From sequence record PV340856.1: 64,000 bases of DNA; one strand, written 5' to 3'. Below are positions 37,898 through 47,382 of this stretch, piece by piece. A program made the translations under genes and the position numbers. How positions within the stretch are numbered: the stretch's first letter is position 1; every line of letters starts with the position of its first letter. The notes beneath the pieces were generated by a model, which saw only the letters and a list, made by a program, of their open reading frames with translations, did no database searches and was not told the origin of the DNA.

Positions 37898-39045
37898 GAA
37901 TCGGTGTCATTGGTGCAGGTCGTCTAGGGATCTGCTTTGCTCTTCTTTGTGAGGAGAGTGGACATTCTGTAATTGTTTCTGACGTGCAATCAAAATACGT
38001 CAGTCAACTTAACAATCGTGAGATCTTCAGTAATGAACCTGAAGTCGAAGATCTTTTGATGAGATCAGAGAACTTACGTGCTACTACAAGTAACCAGGAA
38101 GTTATTCGTAGTTCGGATGTAATCTTTACCTTCGTTCCTACACCATCTCTTTCTGATGGCAGTTATGACTGTTCATGTGTTGATATGGTTGTAGAAGATC
38201 TTTTCAATTCACCAGATCTTCAGGATAAAAGTTTTGTTATTGGATCTACAGTCAATCCTGGGTATAGTGATACTGTTCAGGATCGATTAAAAGGTAGAGG
38301 CATTGATGTCTTCTACAACCCAGAGTTCATTGCACAAGGAACTATCATTCGGGACATGAGAACCGCTGATATGATTCTCTGTGGTGGTGAAGATCCTAGA
38401 GGGTTTGCTGAGATTCAAATGATCTATGAGGATATTCAGGATTCTGAGGTTCACTTCTATCCCATGTCTCGCAAAGCTGCAGAGATTACTAAGATTGGCG
38501 TAAACTGTTTTCTTACATATAAGATCAGTTATGCTAACATGATGGGTCAGATTCTATACAATTCTGGATGTGGAGACGAGATTGACAATGTTTTGGATGC
38601 CATTGGAGACGACACCAGAGTCGGTGCTAAATATTTGCGTTACGGATTAGGCTTCGGTGGTCCTTGTTTGCCCCGAGACAATCGTGCATTGGGTCACTAT
38701 GCTCGGACTGTTGGTCTTGAGTATAGTCTTCCTGATGTTACGGATGATTTCAACGATGCACATGCAAACTTTATTAAACGATATTGTATCGAACAGAATG
38801 TAGACAATCTTCCTTTCTTTATTGAGAGTATCGCTTTCAAGAAAGGTTCTGATATGACTGTAGAGAGTCCACGATTCTTGCTGGTTGAAGACCTTTTAAA
38901 GGATGGATATACTGTTTATGTTCAAGAGATTGAAGATGTTATCGATCATCATGAAGATGAATTGATTGATCTTTATGGAGACAATATCATCTTCGTTAAG
39001 AACCCTGCAGAGATTCATGAACCAGTTTGGAGGATTGACTTTTGA
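37894..39045 (+). CDS. ugd: UDP-glucose/GDP-mannose 6-dehydrogenase family
   Basis: IGAGRLG, FVPTP, YNPEFIAQG, AEITK...N, GFGGPCLPRD, FKKGSD. Confidence 0.9.
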   Translation: MRIGVIGAGRLGICFALLCEESGHSVIVSDVQSKYVSQLNNREIFSNEPEVEDLLMRSENLRATTSNQEVIRSSDVIFTFVPTPSLSDGSYDCSCVDMVVEDLFNSPDLQDKSFVIGSTVNPGYSDTVQDRLKGRGIDVFYNPEFIAQGTIIRDMRTADMILCGGEDPRGFAEIQMIYEDIQDSEVHFYPMSRKAAEITKIGVNCFLTYKISYANMMGQILYNSGCGDEIDNVLDAIGDDTRVGAKYLRYGLGFGGPCLPRDNRALGHYARTVGLEYSLPDVTDDFNDAHANFIKRYCIEQNVDNLPFFIESIAFKKGSDMTVESPRFLLVEDLLKDGYTVYVQEIEDVIDHHEDELIDLYGDNIIFVKNPAEIHEPVWRIDF

Positions 39046-39902
39046 CAATCAGTTATAATCGCCTAGGTAGCAACGGACGACTAGGTAATCAAATGTTTCA
39101 GTATGCCTCTTTGCGAGGCATCGCTGCTTATAATGGATATGATTGGATGATTCCTCCTGATGATACTAATCATCGGGATAATTATGGTTTGTTTGAAACC
39201 TTTGAAATGGTTCACTGCAAGCCAGAGAATTTGGGAATCACTAACTTTCCTAACGTAGGAGAGTCTACACATGCCTTTGATGATAAATTATATTATACAA
39301 AGGACAACGTAAATATCGACGCATATCTACAGTGTGAAGATTATTTCTTACATATCGTCGATCACATCCATGAAGATTTTACCTTCAAGTCTGATTACAA
39401 GGATCCTTGTATTGATGTGGTTAATGGTATTGATAATGCCCCCATTTTCCTACATATTAGACAATCCGATAACATTGGACGAGAAGAGTTCCATCCAATT
39501 CTACCGTTATCTTATTATGAGGAAGCGCTGAGTCACTTCCCCAAAGATACTCCATGCTTTGTTTTGACAGACGATATTGACTGGTGTAAACAACAGTCAT
39601 TCTTTGATGATGATCGATTCATGTTCAATGAAAGCAATGGTAGATATTCTTATCAGACTATTGATGGTACTGGTAAGATGCAGAACACTCTTCTGCCTCA
39701 GGTTGATTTGTGTCTGATGAGTTTGTGTACTGGTGGTATTATTGCAAACAGTTCCTTCAGCTGGTGGGGAGCATGGTTGCAGAATGATCGTGGAAAAATC
39801 ATTGCTCCTAATCCAGAGAAGTGGTTTGGGTCTGCTATGACTCACCTAGATACTTCTATGATCGTTCCTGCACGTTGGGAAACTTTGGATTGGAGTAAGT
39901 GA
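39042..39902 (+). CDS. Glycosyltransferase family 11 (alpha-1,2-fucosyltransferase-like), copy 1
   Basis: GRLGNQMFQYA, LHIRQSD, YYEEAL, DLCLMSLC...IIANSSFSWWGAWL. Confidence 0.92.
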   Translation: MTISYNRLGSNGRLGNQMFQYASLRGIAAYNGYDWMIPPDDTNHRDNYGLFETFEMVHCKPENLGITNFPNVGESTHAFDDKLYYTKDNVNIDAYLQCEDYFLHIVDHIHEDFTFKSDYKDPCIDVVNGIDNAPIFLHIRQSDNIGREEFHPILPLSYYEEALSHFPKDTPCFVLTDDIDWCKQQSFFDDDRFMFNESNGRYSYQTIDGTGKMQNTLLPQVDLCLMSLCTGGIIANSSFSWWGAWLQNDRGKIIAPNPEKWFGSAMTHLDTSMIVPARWETLDWSK

Positions 39903-40762
39903 TGAGGATTGCAGGAGCACAAATTCCTGTCGGATTAGACATTCAGCGGAATAAAAGAGAGATTCTCAAAGCAATCGATTGGGCAAAAGAAAATGAAGTT
40001 GATCATCTTTTGACACCAGAAGGATCTCTTTCTGGATATCAGAATGGATGGCAACCTAAAGAGGAAGAAATTAGAGAAGCTCTTAATGAAATTCTAGAAT
40101 TCCAGAAAGGAATTGGTCTTCATTTGGGGACCATGTTTAGAGAAAAATTATCTGACTGGGACATAACAGATCGTAATGAGATTAGACACTACGATAAACT
40201 TGGTGAACTAAGTGCCGTAACTTATAAAACACATTGTATCCCACATGATAGGTGTATGCCTAGGTATGATGATACGGAACCACTTGCATATTTTGAAGTG
40301 GAACCAGATGTAACAGCATTAGGAATGATTTGCAATGATATGTGGGGTTCAGCTGAAGAAGATCACGTATCTTTTTGTGATAATTATCTTCTAGATGAGA
40401 ATGTTCCACTTATATTTCACGCAACAAATGGTTTGAAGTGGAATGTAAAGGATAAAAGACAGAAAATTTTTAGTAATTATAGTGAAGCATTCTTGGGGAT
40501 GGTTGCTTTCAAAAGTCAATCAACTATTTTGACTGTAGATTCCTGTGTGAATTGGAACTGGGATGGCGATGAGAGTAAGATCGATGAGTGTATCACTTCC
40601 AGTCCTAGTGGTGTTATAAATTATTCGGGGTGGCAAACTAACGTCCCAAGACAAGGTAGACAGTTCTTCTATTGTGATGTAGACTTGAATATGAAAGAGT
40701 CATATCAAAATTATGGTAGAGAAATGTCCAAAACATATCCATATGTGAATTTTAATCTTTGA
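39902..40762 (+). CDS. Carbon-nitrogen hydrolase (nitrilase superfamily)
   Basis: MRIAGAQIPV, LLTPEGSLSGY (Glu), YKTH (Lys), ICNDMW (Cys). Confidence 0.85.
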   Translation: MRIAGAQIPVGLDIQRNKREILKAIDWAKENEVDHLLTPEGSLSGYQNGWQPKEEEIREALNEILEFQKGIGLHLGTMFREKLSDWDITDRNEIRHYDKLGELSAVTYKTHCIPHDRCMPRYDDTEPLAYFEVEPDVTALGMICNDMWGSAEEDHVSFCDNYLLDENVPLIFHATNGLKWNVKDKRQKIFSNYSEAFLGMVAFKSQSTILTVDSCVNWNWDGDESKIDECITSSPSGVINYSGWQTNVPRQGRQFFYCDVDLNMKESYQNYGREMSKTYPYVNFNL

Positions 40763-40765
40763 GTT

Positions 40766-41662
40766 ATGGCTATTACATTTAAGGGACTTGGTAATGAAGG
40801 TCGTCTGGGAAACCAGATGTTTCAATATGCTTTTGTTCGTGGAGTTGCGGACAACAGAGGATTTGATTGGTTCGTTCCTGGACCAAATGCAGATAGACTT
40901 GATAACTATGGTCTATTTGATTGCTTTGAATTATTCAACTGCGACCTAGTAGAGAATACTGGAGAGTATTTTATTCCCAGGAAGGTAGAATACCGTGATA
41001 TGCATTTCAATGAACAGATTTTCAATGAGTGCGAGGATAATACCGATTTCTCAGGCAACTTTCAGACCGAACGTTACTTTGAGAAGATCAGTGCGTCTTT
41101 GCGTGAGGATTTCACTTTTAAAAAGGCGTACCTGGAACCGTGTCAAGAGTTTATTGATTCTCTTGGTGGACGTGATGAGTGTATCTTTTTGCACGTTCGT
41201 AGAGGTAATCCAAACCTTACTGGGCGTAGAGGGGAAAAGTGGTCTTATCAGATGGTGCAAGAGTATCACCCGCTCTGCAAAGCTGACTATTATGTACGGG
41301 CGCTCCAAGAGTTCCCCGAAGATAAACAAGTCGTAGTTGTGTCTGACACTATTGATTGGTGTAAACAACAACCATGGTTGCAAGGTGATCGATTCCAGTT
41401 CTCAGATTCTTCTTATGAAGAGTTTGGAGACGGTGCCTCAGTACCTTATATTGATCTTTGCCTGATGAGTCTTTGTGGTGGTGCAATCATCGCTAACTCT
41501 TCCCTGTCTTGGTGGGGAGCGTGGTTGCAGAACGATGCAGGAAAGGTGGTTGTACCTGATCCCTGGTTTGGTCCTGCATATGAACACTATGATATGAAGG
41601 ATATGATTCCAAAGAGATGGGTCAAACTTCACAATGATCCAACGCCTGTGACTCCCGAATGA
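40766..41662 (+). CDS. Glycosyltransferase family 11, copy 2
   Basis: GRLGNQMFQYA, GNFQTERYF, LHVRRG, IIANSSLSWWGAWL. Confidence 0.92.
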   Translation: MAITFKGLGNEGRLGNQMFQYAFVRGVADNRGFDWFVPGPNADRLDNYGLFDCFELFNCDLVENTGEYFIPRKVEYRDMHFNEQIFNECEDNTDFSGNFQTERYFEKISASLREDFTFKKAYLEPCQEFIDSLGGRDECIFLHVRRGNPNLTGRRGEKWSYQMVQEYHPLCKADYYVRALQEFPEDKQVVVVSDTIDWCKQQPWLQGDRFQFSDSSYEEFGDGASVPYIDLCLMSLCGGAIIANSSLSWWGAWLQNDAGKVVVPDPWFGPAYEHYDMKDMIPKRWVKLHNDPTPVTPE

Positions 41663-42495
41663 AAGACCTAACATACCTATTGCCTTGTCGAATCGAGACA
41701 GATGATCGTCTTCGTAACGTAATTACATCAGTATCGTATCTACTTAAGAACTTTCCAGAGGCAAAAGTTCTGATCAAAGAAGTTGATACCAAATCACAAT
41801 TCATCGAGTTTGCTCTTCCTCAGATCAAAAAGTATGTTGGTGACATTGGTCAACTAAAGCATAGTTTTGAGAAGAGTGATGAAAAATTCTTTCACAAAAC
41901 AAGAATTCTAAATGATCTATGTGTCGCAGCTGACACTTCAATCATCTATAATCATGATGTAGATGTAGTTTTACCAAAGAATAGTCATGAACTTGCTTAC
42001 CAAGGAATTACACAAGAAGGCTCTGATGCTGTTTATCCTTTTGGATGCGGGATCTATCAGTGGGCTGTTAACTATTCCGACGACCTGTTAGATAAGTTTC
42101 TTTCCTCTCACGATGGTACAGACTTTGACCTGAGTGTTCTTGATAACAGTAAACAACGCATCCCATCTTCTATTGGGTGGGGACAAATGATCAAGAAAGC
42201 TGCACAAGTCTCTGCTGGTATGTGGAATGAAGAGTTCATTTCATGGGGTGCGGAAGACTGTGAGTTCTATTATCGACTCAATCTTTTTGGGTTTAAGGTA
42301 GGCAGAGTTATTGATGACATCTATCATTTTGAACATGGTAGAACTTTTAACTCGCACTATCACAATCCCAAGTTCCAAGACAATGATCGACTGTGGAATT
42401 GGATTCGTACTCAAGACAAAGAAAGTCTTACTCAATATTATTCAAAACTAGAATACATTAAACGTCGGGGAGAAGAACTAAATGCTAGCCTTTAA
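41659..42495 (+). CDS. GT-A fold glycosyltransferase (GT2/GT7 galactosyltransferase-like)
   Basis: FHKTRILN, HDVDV (DxD), WNEEFISWGAEDCEFYYRL, YHFEH. Confidence 0.85.
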   Translation: MKDLTYLLPCRIETDDRLRNVITSVSYLLKNFPEAKVLIKEVDTKSQFIEFALPQIKKYVGDIGQLKHSFEKSDEKFFHKTRILNDLCVAADTSIIYNHDVDVVLPKNSHELAYQGITQEGSDAVYPFGCGIYQWAVNYSDDLLDKFLSSHDGTDFDLSVLDNSKQRIPSSIGWGQMIKKAAQVSAGMWNEEFISWGAEDCEFYYRLNLFGFKVGRVIDDIYHFEHGRTFNSHYHNPKFQDNDRLWNWIRTQDKESLTQYYSKLEYIKRRGEELNASL

Positions 42496-43339
42496 TCAAC
42501 TTGGAAACTTAGGAAGACTGGGTAACCAGATGTTCCAGTATGCAGCAGTCAGAGGTATTGCTGCAATGAGAGGATATCAGTTTGGTATTCCTCCACACGA
42601 TGCAAAACGTGTTGATAACTACAGTCTTGGTAGAGCATTTAAGTTAGAATCTGTTGGTCCTTCTAACTTGCATGTCCTTGATCGTGGACATGCTCCAGTG
42701 GTTGTCGAAAAACATTTTCACTTCGATGAAGAACTACATAGAATGTGTCCGAACGACGTTAGTTTGTTTGGATTTTTTCAGTCGGAGAAATACTTCGTCA
42801 ACATTAAGGATGAGATTCTAAGAGATTTTACTTTCCATGATTCAATTCTGGATCCCTGCAAAGAGATGGTCGATTCGCTGGATCAAGCGCCTCTCTTTCT
42901 TCACGTTCGTCGGGGTGATCCTAACCTTGTCGATTCTAGGGGATTTAAGTGGTCGTACACGCAATGTTCGTCGCAACATCCACCACAACCGCTCTCCTAT
43001 TACGAGAAAGCTCTGAAATATTTTGATGATGATCAACCAGTAGTAGTCTGTTCTGACTCACCAGAATGGGTCAAGGAACAAGAGTTCTTTGCTGATGATA
43101 GGTTCTTGATCTCTGAACCCCAAGACAAGTATCCTGATGGATCCTGGGAACCTTTCGTGGACCTCTGCATTATGAGTCTATGTTCTGGTGCAATCATTGC
43201 TAACTCATCTTTATCTTGGTGGGGAGCATATCTTCAGAACAATCGCGGCACTGTTGTTGCTCCTGAGATGTGGTTTGGACCAGACTATAAGGACAAAGAC
43301 ACTTCAGATCTTTATGTGACAGGATGGATCAGAACTTAA
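42482..43339 (+). CDS. Glycosyltransferase family 11, copy 3
   Basis: GRLGNQMFQYA, GFFQSEKYF, LHVRRGD, IIANSSLSWWGAYL. Confidence 0.92.
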   Translation: MLAFNQLGNLGRLGNQMFQYAAVRGIAAMRGYQFGIPPHDAKRVDNYSLGRAFKLESVGPSNLHVLDRGHAPVVVEKHFHFDEELHRMCPNDVSLFGFFQSEKYFVNIKDEILRDFTFHDSILDPCKEMVDSLDQAPLFLHVRRGDPNLVDSRGFKWSYTQCSSQHPPQPLSYYEKALKYFDDDQPVVVCSDSPEWVKEQEFFADDRFLISEPQDKYPDGSWEPFVDLCIMSLCSGAIIANSSLSWWGAYLQNNRGTVVAPEMWFGPDYKDKDTSDLYVTGWIRT

Positions 43340-43845
43340 TTGTTGTTGATAATTTTTTAGACAACCCAGATTTTATAAGGCAAGTTGCACTTAAATTAGA
43401 CTATAGTAATATTCAGGAAACTGTTCCTGGATGTAGGAGTACCGTTGCTCTTGGTGGAGATTTGTTTGATGAAGTTGATACTAAATTTCAACAAATTTTC
43501 AATTCTAAAATTAAGTGGTATCATGGAGCCGATTCGTTTTATATCCAATCTTGTACAGAGGAAACGGAGACTTGGGTTCATGTAGATAACTGTAGTGATT
43601 GGGCTGCTGTCCTTTACTTAACGCCATATCCCGAGTTGGAATCAGGGACAGGAATTTATCATAAAGATGAAGATAATGAATGGGAAATGAACATCGCCGT
43701 AGGTAATGTCTACAACAGATTGATTGCATATAGAGGGAAATCGTTGTATCATAGGAGTATGGTTCCTGGATTCGGGAACTCTCTAGAAACTAGCCGACTA
43801 ACACAAGTATTCTTTTTTGACTTAGAACCCAATGGACAAGAATAA
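43324..43845 (+). CDS. 2OG-Fe(II) oxygenase-like protein (DUF6445-like)
   Basis: IVVDNFL, WVHVD..WAAVLYLTP, GTGIY, NVYNRL..Y...YHRS, RLTQVFFF. Confidence 0.8.
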   Translation: MDQNLIVVDNFLDNPDFIRQVALKLDYSNIQETVPGCRSTVALGGDLFDEVDTKFQQIFNSKIKWYHGADSFYIQSCTEETETWVHVDNCSDWAAVLYLTPYPELESGTGIYHKDEDNEWEMNIAVGNVYNRLIAYRGKSLYHRSMVPGFGNSLETSRLTQVFFFDLEPNGQE

Positions 43846-44632
43846 ATCTACTTATAAACTGAAGGGGTTTGGTCCTCTCTATGTCATCAACCTTGATGGT
43901 CAACCAGAACGTTGGCAATGGATGCAGGAACAACTTGATTATTGGGAGATCAAAGATTATACTAGGATCTCTGCTTACGATGGCAGACCTGAGGTTGGTG
44001 ACGATCTTAGTGACATCATCCAAGGTAGATACCCCGATAGCATGAGTCCTGGTGAGATTGGCTGTGTCACTTCTCACTTGAAAGCTATCAAACACTTCTA
44101 CGAAGAGACTGATGATCCTTATGCAATCATTATGGAAGATGATTGTGACATCAGTACTGCTAGATACTGGACATTCACCTGGAGACAATTCATCTCTAGG
44201 ATCCCATATGATTGGGATGTTTGCCAGGTTGCAATCATTTGTCCTGGTGAATTGCATGTAAACATCCACCGTAGATTTGTCAATGACTTCTCTACTGCAT
44301 GTTATGCCATCACAAGGCACCATGCTAAGAAGGTCCTTGAGCATCATGTACGTGGAGACAAATATAAACTGGACAATGGAGTCAAACCACGTCCAGTTGC
44401 AGACGATCTTATCTACAACTCTGGAGTATCATATGCCGCTCCTATCTTCTTGTATAAGATTGAATTGGGTTCTTCTATCCACCCAGACCATATTGAGATC
44501 TTCCACAGGGGATCTCATGACGGTCTGAGAAATCTCTGGGAGACCCGTGGCAGTGATCTAACCATTGACAAGATCACTGAGTATGATCCTTACCTTGGAC
44601 GTGTTGCAGGAAGAGATAAAACTCCTGCTTGA
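43832..44632 (+). CDS. Glycosyltransferase family 25
   Basis: YVINLDGQPERW..M, GEIGCVTSH..AI, IMEDD. Confidence 0.9.
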   Translation: MDKNKSTYKLKGFGPLYVINLDGQPERWQWMQEQLDYWEIKDYTRISAYDGRPEVGDDLSDIIQGRYPDSMSPGEIGCVTSHLKAIKHFYEETDDPYAIIMEDDCDISTARYWTFTWRQFISRIPYDWDVCQVAIICPGELHVNIHRRFVNDFSTACYAITRHHAKKVLEHHVRGDKYKLDNGVKPRPVADDLIYNSGVSYAAPIFLYKIELGSSIHPDHIEIFHRGSHDGLRNLWETRGSDLTIDKITEYDPYLGRVAGRDKTPA

Positions 44633-44662
44633 CATAATTCAAAGGTCAAAGTAGTATAAATA
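44629..44662 (+). promoter_or_regulatory. Composite sigma70 + T4 late promoter
   Basis: TTGACA-17 nt-TAGTAT overlapping TATAAATA (44655-44662). Confidence 0.85.
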
Positions 44663-44782
44663 CTGAACCAACCCGTTTTGTAACGGGTTGTTACAATTGG
44701 CACATGTGCCAATTTACGAAGACATGTCGAGTCTTCTTTCATCTGCGGGTGAAATTCCGCAAGTAAATAACGAGGTATCAAA

Positions 44783-45148
44783 ATGATTAAATCTGTATTC
44801 GCAGCAACTGCTGCTCTCTCCATGTCCGCTGGTGCTGCTTTTGCAGGTCCATACGTGAATGTGGAAGCAAACTCGGGATTTGTTGGTTCGGATTATTCTG
44901 GAACCGTTACAGATTTCCATGTGGGCTATGAAGATGCATCTGGTGATGTAGGTTACTACGTCCAAGCAGGCCCTAGCCTGGTCAGCCCTGATGGTGCTGA
45001 GTCTGAGACCGTTTTCTCTGGTAAGGCAGGTGCTTCTGTGGCTGCTACCGAGCGTCTTTCCGTCTATGGTGAAGTTTCGTTCGCAACTGGTATCGATGAT
45101 GCTGATAACGGTTACGGAACCAAAGTTGGAGCAACCTTCTCCTTCTGA
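44783..45148 (+). CDS. Small outer-membrane beta-barrel-like protein
   Basis: Sec signal ending AAFA; mature start GPYV; alternating aromatic strands; C-terminal Phe (ATFSF). Confidence 0.8.
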   Translation: MIKSVFAATAALSMSAGAAFAGPYVNVEANSGFVGSDYSGTVTDFHVGYEDASGDVGYYVQAGPSLVSPDGAESETVFSGKAGASVAATERLSVYGEVSFATGIDDADNGYGTKVGATFSF

Positions 45149-45168
45149 TAGATTGTTAGGGATTAAAG

Positions 45169-45187
45169 ATTAACCCAATCTTAAATC
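45169..45187 (+). promoter_or_regulatory. Pho box (PhoB/SphR-type) candidate
   Basis: ATTAACCC-AAT-CTTAAATC: TTAA repeats at 11-bp period upstream of the gene preceding pstS. Confidence 0.6.
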
Positions 45188-45264
45188 TAAATACACGGAC
45201 TTTTGTTAGAATACAGAAGTCCGTTTTTAATGAGACGAACAAACACAAGAAAAAGGAATTACAA

Positions 45265-45624
45265 ATGAAAGCAATCGCACTTGCCGCACTGGCATTGTCT
45301 GCACTGGCGACACCTGCCCTTGCAGGACCCTATGTAGAGTCTAAGCACGAATTCAAAGGTACTGATGAAGACTACAGCAAGGCTGTACATCAGGCACGGG
45401 TTGGTTACGAGACCAAGATTGGTGCCTTCAAGCCTTATATCGAAGGTGGTTTTGGTGTAACTTCACCAGAGGATGGTGATCAAGAGAACTTTACTGCTCT
45501 TGAAGTTGGTACAAAGGTTAAGATTACCGATAAGTTTGGTGCTTATGGTAAGTTCGAGAACATCTTCCAAGAAGATGACACCCGTGACTGGAAAGTTGAA
45601 GTCGGCACCAAGTACAAGTTCTGA
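45265..45624 (+). CDS. Small outer-membrane beta-barrel-like protein directly upstream of pstS
   Basis: Sec signal ending PALA; mature start GPYV; C-terminal GTKYKF. Confidence 0.8.
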   Translation: MKAIALAALALSALATPALAGPYVESKHEFKGTDEDYSKAVHQARVGYETKIGAFKPYIEGGFGVTSPEDGDQENFTALEVGTKVKITDKFGAYGKFENIFQEDDTRDWKVEVGTKYKF

Positions 45625-45634
45625 TAACTGATAA

Positions 45635-46618
45635 ATGAAACTCAAAGCAATCGCAGCTGCCGCCTTGGCAGCACCCCTGATGGTAGCTTGCGCTTCCACT
45701 GAGAACAAAGAAGTCAGTAAAGAGCCATACAAATTGAATGGCGCTGGTGCTTCTTTCCCTGCAATGCTCTACAATAATATGTTGCAGGACCTTGCTGAAA
45801 AGACTGGCAACCAAGTCAACTATCAAGCAGTTGGTAGTGGTGCTGGTGTTCGTCAGTTCAAAGCAAAGACCGTTGACTTCGGTGCCAGCGATGGTGCTGT
45901 GAGTGACTCTAAGCAACCTGCTGAAGGTATGGTTCACATCCCCATGACTGGTGGTGCCATCGTTCCTACCTACAACTATCCTGGTTGTGTAGTCAAGATG
46001 TCACAGACTGAACTCGCTGATGTCTTCCTTGGTAAGATCACTAACTGGTCTACCTTTGGTTGTGCTGATAAGCGCATCGCTACTGTCCATCGTTCTGATG
46101 GTTCTGGTACTACCAAAGGTTTCACGAACTCTCTATCGGCATTTTCCCCTGAGTGGAAGAAGACTGTAGGTACAGGTAAGTCTGTGAAGTGGCCTGTTGG
46201 TGTTGGATCTAAAGGTAACAGCGGTGTCGCTGCTACTATCACCAATACCCCTGGTTCCATTGGTTATGTGAATTATGGTTATGTGAAGGGTGACCTTCAA
46301 CAGGTTTCTATCCAAAACCGTGCAGGTAATTATGTCACCGCTTCTGCTTCGACTGCATCTGCTGGTCTTGGTGAGATCGTTCTTGATGATCAACTGCGTG
46401 GTGCTGACGCTAACCCTGCTGGTGCCAATGCTTATCCTATTGTCTCCTTGACTTGGATCCTGGCATATCCTGAGTATGAGAAGAATGGTGATGTGAAGGA
46501 CATGCTTCGCTGGATGCTGACACCTACTCAGCAACAGAAGGCAGACTCCCTTGGTTATGTTCCTCTTCCTGAGTCACTTCGTCAGAAAGCACTTGCTGCT
46601 ACTGAATCACTGAAGTGA
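45635..46618 (+). CDS. pstS: Phosphate ABC transporter substrate-binding protein
   Basis: Lipobox-like MVAC; LNGAGASFP, YQAVGSGAG, DFGASD, VHRSDGSGTT, GNSGVA, GYV, YPI. Confidence 0.97.
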   Translation: MKLKAIAAAALAAPLMVACASTENKEVSKEPYKLNGAGASFPAMLYNNMLQDLAEKTGNQVNYQAVGSGAGVRQFKAKTVDFGASDGAVSDSKQPAEGMVHIPMTGGAIVPTYNYPGCVVKMSQTELADVFLGKITNWSTFGCADKRIATVHRSDGSGTTKGFTNSLSAFSPEWKKTVGTGKSVKWPVGVGSKGNSGVAATITNTPGSIGYVNYGYVKGDLQQVSIQNRAGNYVTASASTASAGLGEIVLDDQLRGADANPAGANAYPIVSLTWILAYPEYEKNGDVKDMLRWMLTPTQQQKADSLGYVPLPESLRQKALAATESLK

Positions 46619-46652
46619 TAGTAGACACTATTAAATATCGATAGTATAATGG

Positions 46653-46675
46653 GGGGACTTTAAGTCCCCTTTTTT
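46653..46675 (+). terminator. Intrinsic terminator after pstS
   Basis: GGGGACT-TTA-AGTCCCC followed by a T-run. Confidence 0.8.
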
Positions 46676-46678
46676 AAT

Positions 46679-46879
46679 ATGAAAAAGAAAGTCAAAAGAA
46701 TGGTGAAGTGGTTTTTCACCAAAACAGATCGAGGGCAACAAAATTTAGGAGACTGCACCTCATTATATCAATTGGTGGAAAGACTCCAATATAGATTGGA
46801 GGGATTGGAAAATGAACACCTACAAATCTTATCAAAGCTACATCAACTAGAATCCAAATTAGACAATAATTATTCGTGA
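46679..46879 (+). CDS. Small coiled-coil hypothetical protein
   Basis: 66-aa ORF; TAGACA-17-TATAAT at 46622-46650. Confidence 0.6.
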   Translation: MKKKVKRMVKWFFTKTDRGQQNLGDCTSLYQLVERLQYRLEGLENEHLQILSKLHQLESKLDNNYS

Positions 46880-46955
46880 GGTTTGGTATTCAACACAAAT
46901 TTTTGATAAGTTGAGTTATTTGGATATAATTAGTATGTAATATCTAAAGTTCAGT

Positions 46956-47111
46956 ATGCCGAGAGGACCTCTTGACAAAAATGTGATTCTATCGCATATC
47001 TATAAACTCAAGCACCAATTAGATCATGAAGAGATTCCCAACGGTGAAAAATGGAAAGCTCATGAATACTTATCAAAGGTATTAGATAAAGTGATGGAAT
47101 TTGGATATTGA
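46956..47111 (+). CDS. 51-aa hypothetical protein
   Basis: Own translation MPRGPLDKNVILSHIYKLKHQL...KWKAHEYLSKVLDKVMEFGY. Confidence 0.65.
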   Translation: MPRGPLDKNVILSHIYKLKHQLDHEEIPNGEKWKAHEYLSKVLDKVMEFGY

Positions 47112-47158
47112 CAAAGACTTTACATTACTATATAATTATAGTTGTAAATCTTTACAAA
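47108..47158 (+). promoter_or_regulatory. Sigma70 promoter of hli with HLR1-like direct repeat
   Basis: TTGACA-17-TATAAT, then GTTGTAAA-TC-TTTACAAA. Confidence 0.7.
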
Positions 47159-47163
47159 ACCAA

Positions 47164-47382
47164 ATGACTGTTACTACTGAAGATGGTGGAAGGCAAAATA
47201 TGTTTGCCAGAGAACCACGTATGTATGTCTCCAAGACTGACGCTGAGCGTTATGGTTATGAGACCTATGCAGAACGTGCAGAGAAACTGAATGGACGCAC
47301 TGCTATGCTTGGATTTGTTGCTGCTGTTATCTCTTATACTTTCAGTGGTAGCGTATTTTTCTTTGGTGCTTTCGGATTCTGA
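47164..47382 (+). CDS. hli: High-light inducible protein
   Basis: MTVTTEDGGRQNMFAREP...AEKLNGRTAMLGFVAA (ExxNGRxAMxG). Confidence 0.95.
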   Translation: MTVTTEDGGRQNMFAREPRMYVSKTDAERYGYETYAERAEKLNGRTAMLGFVAAVISYTFSGSVFFFGAFGF

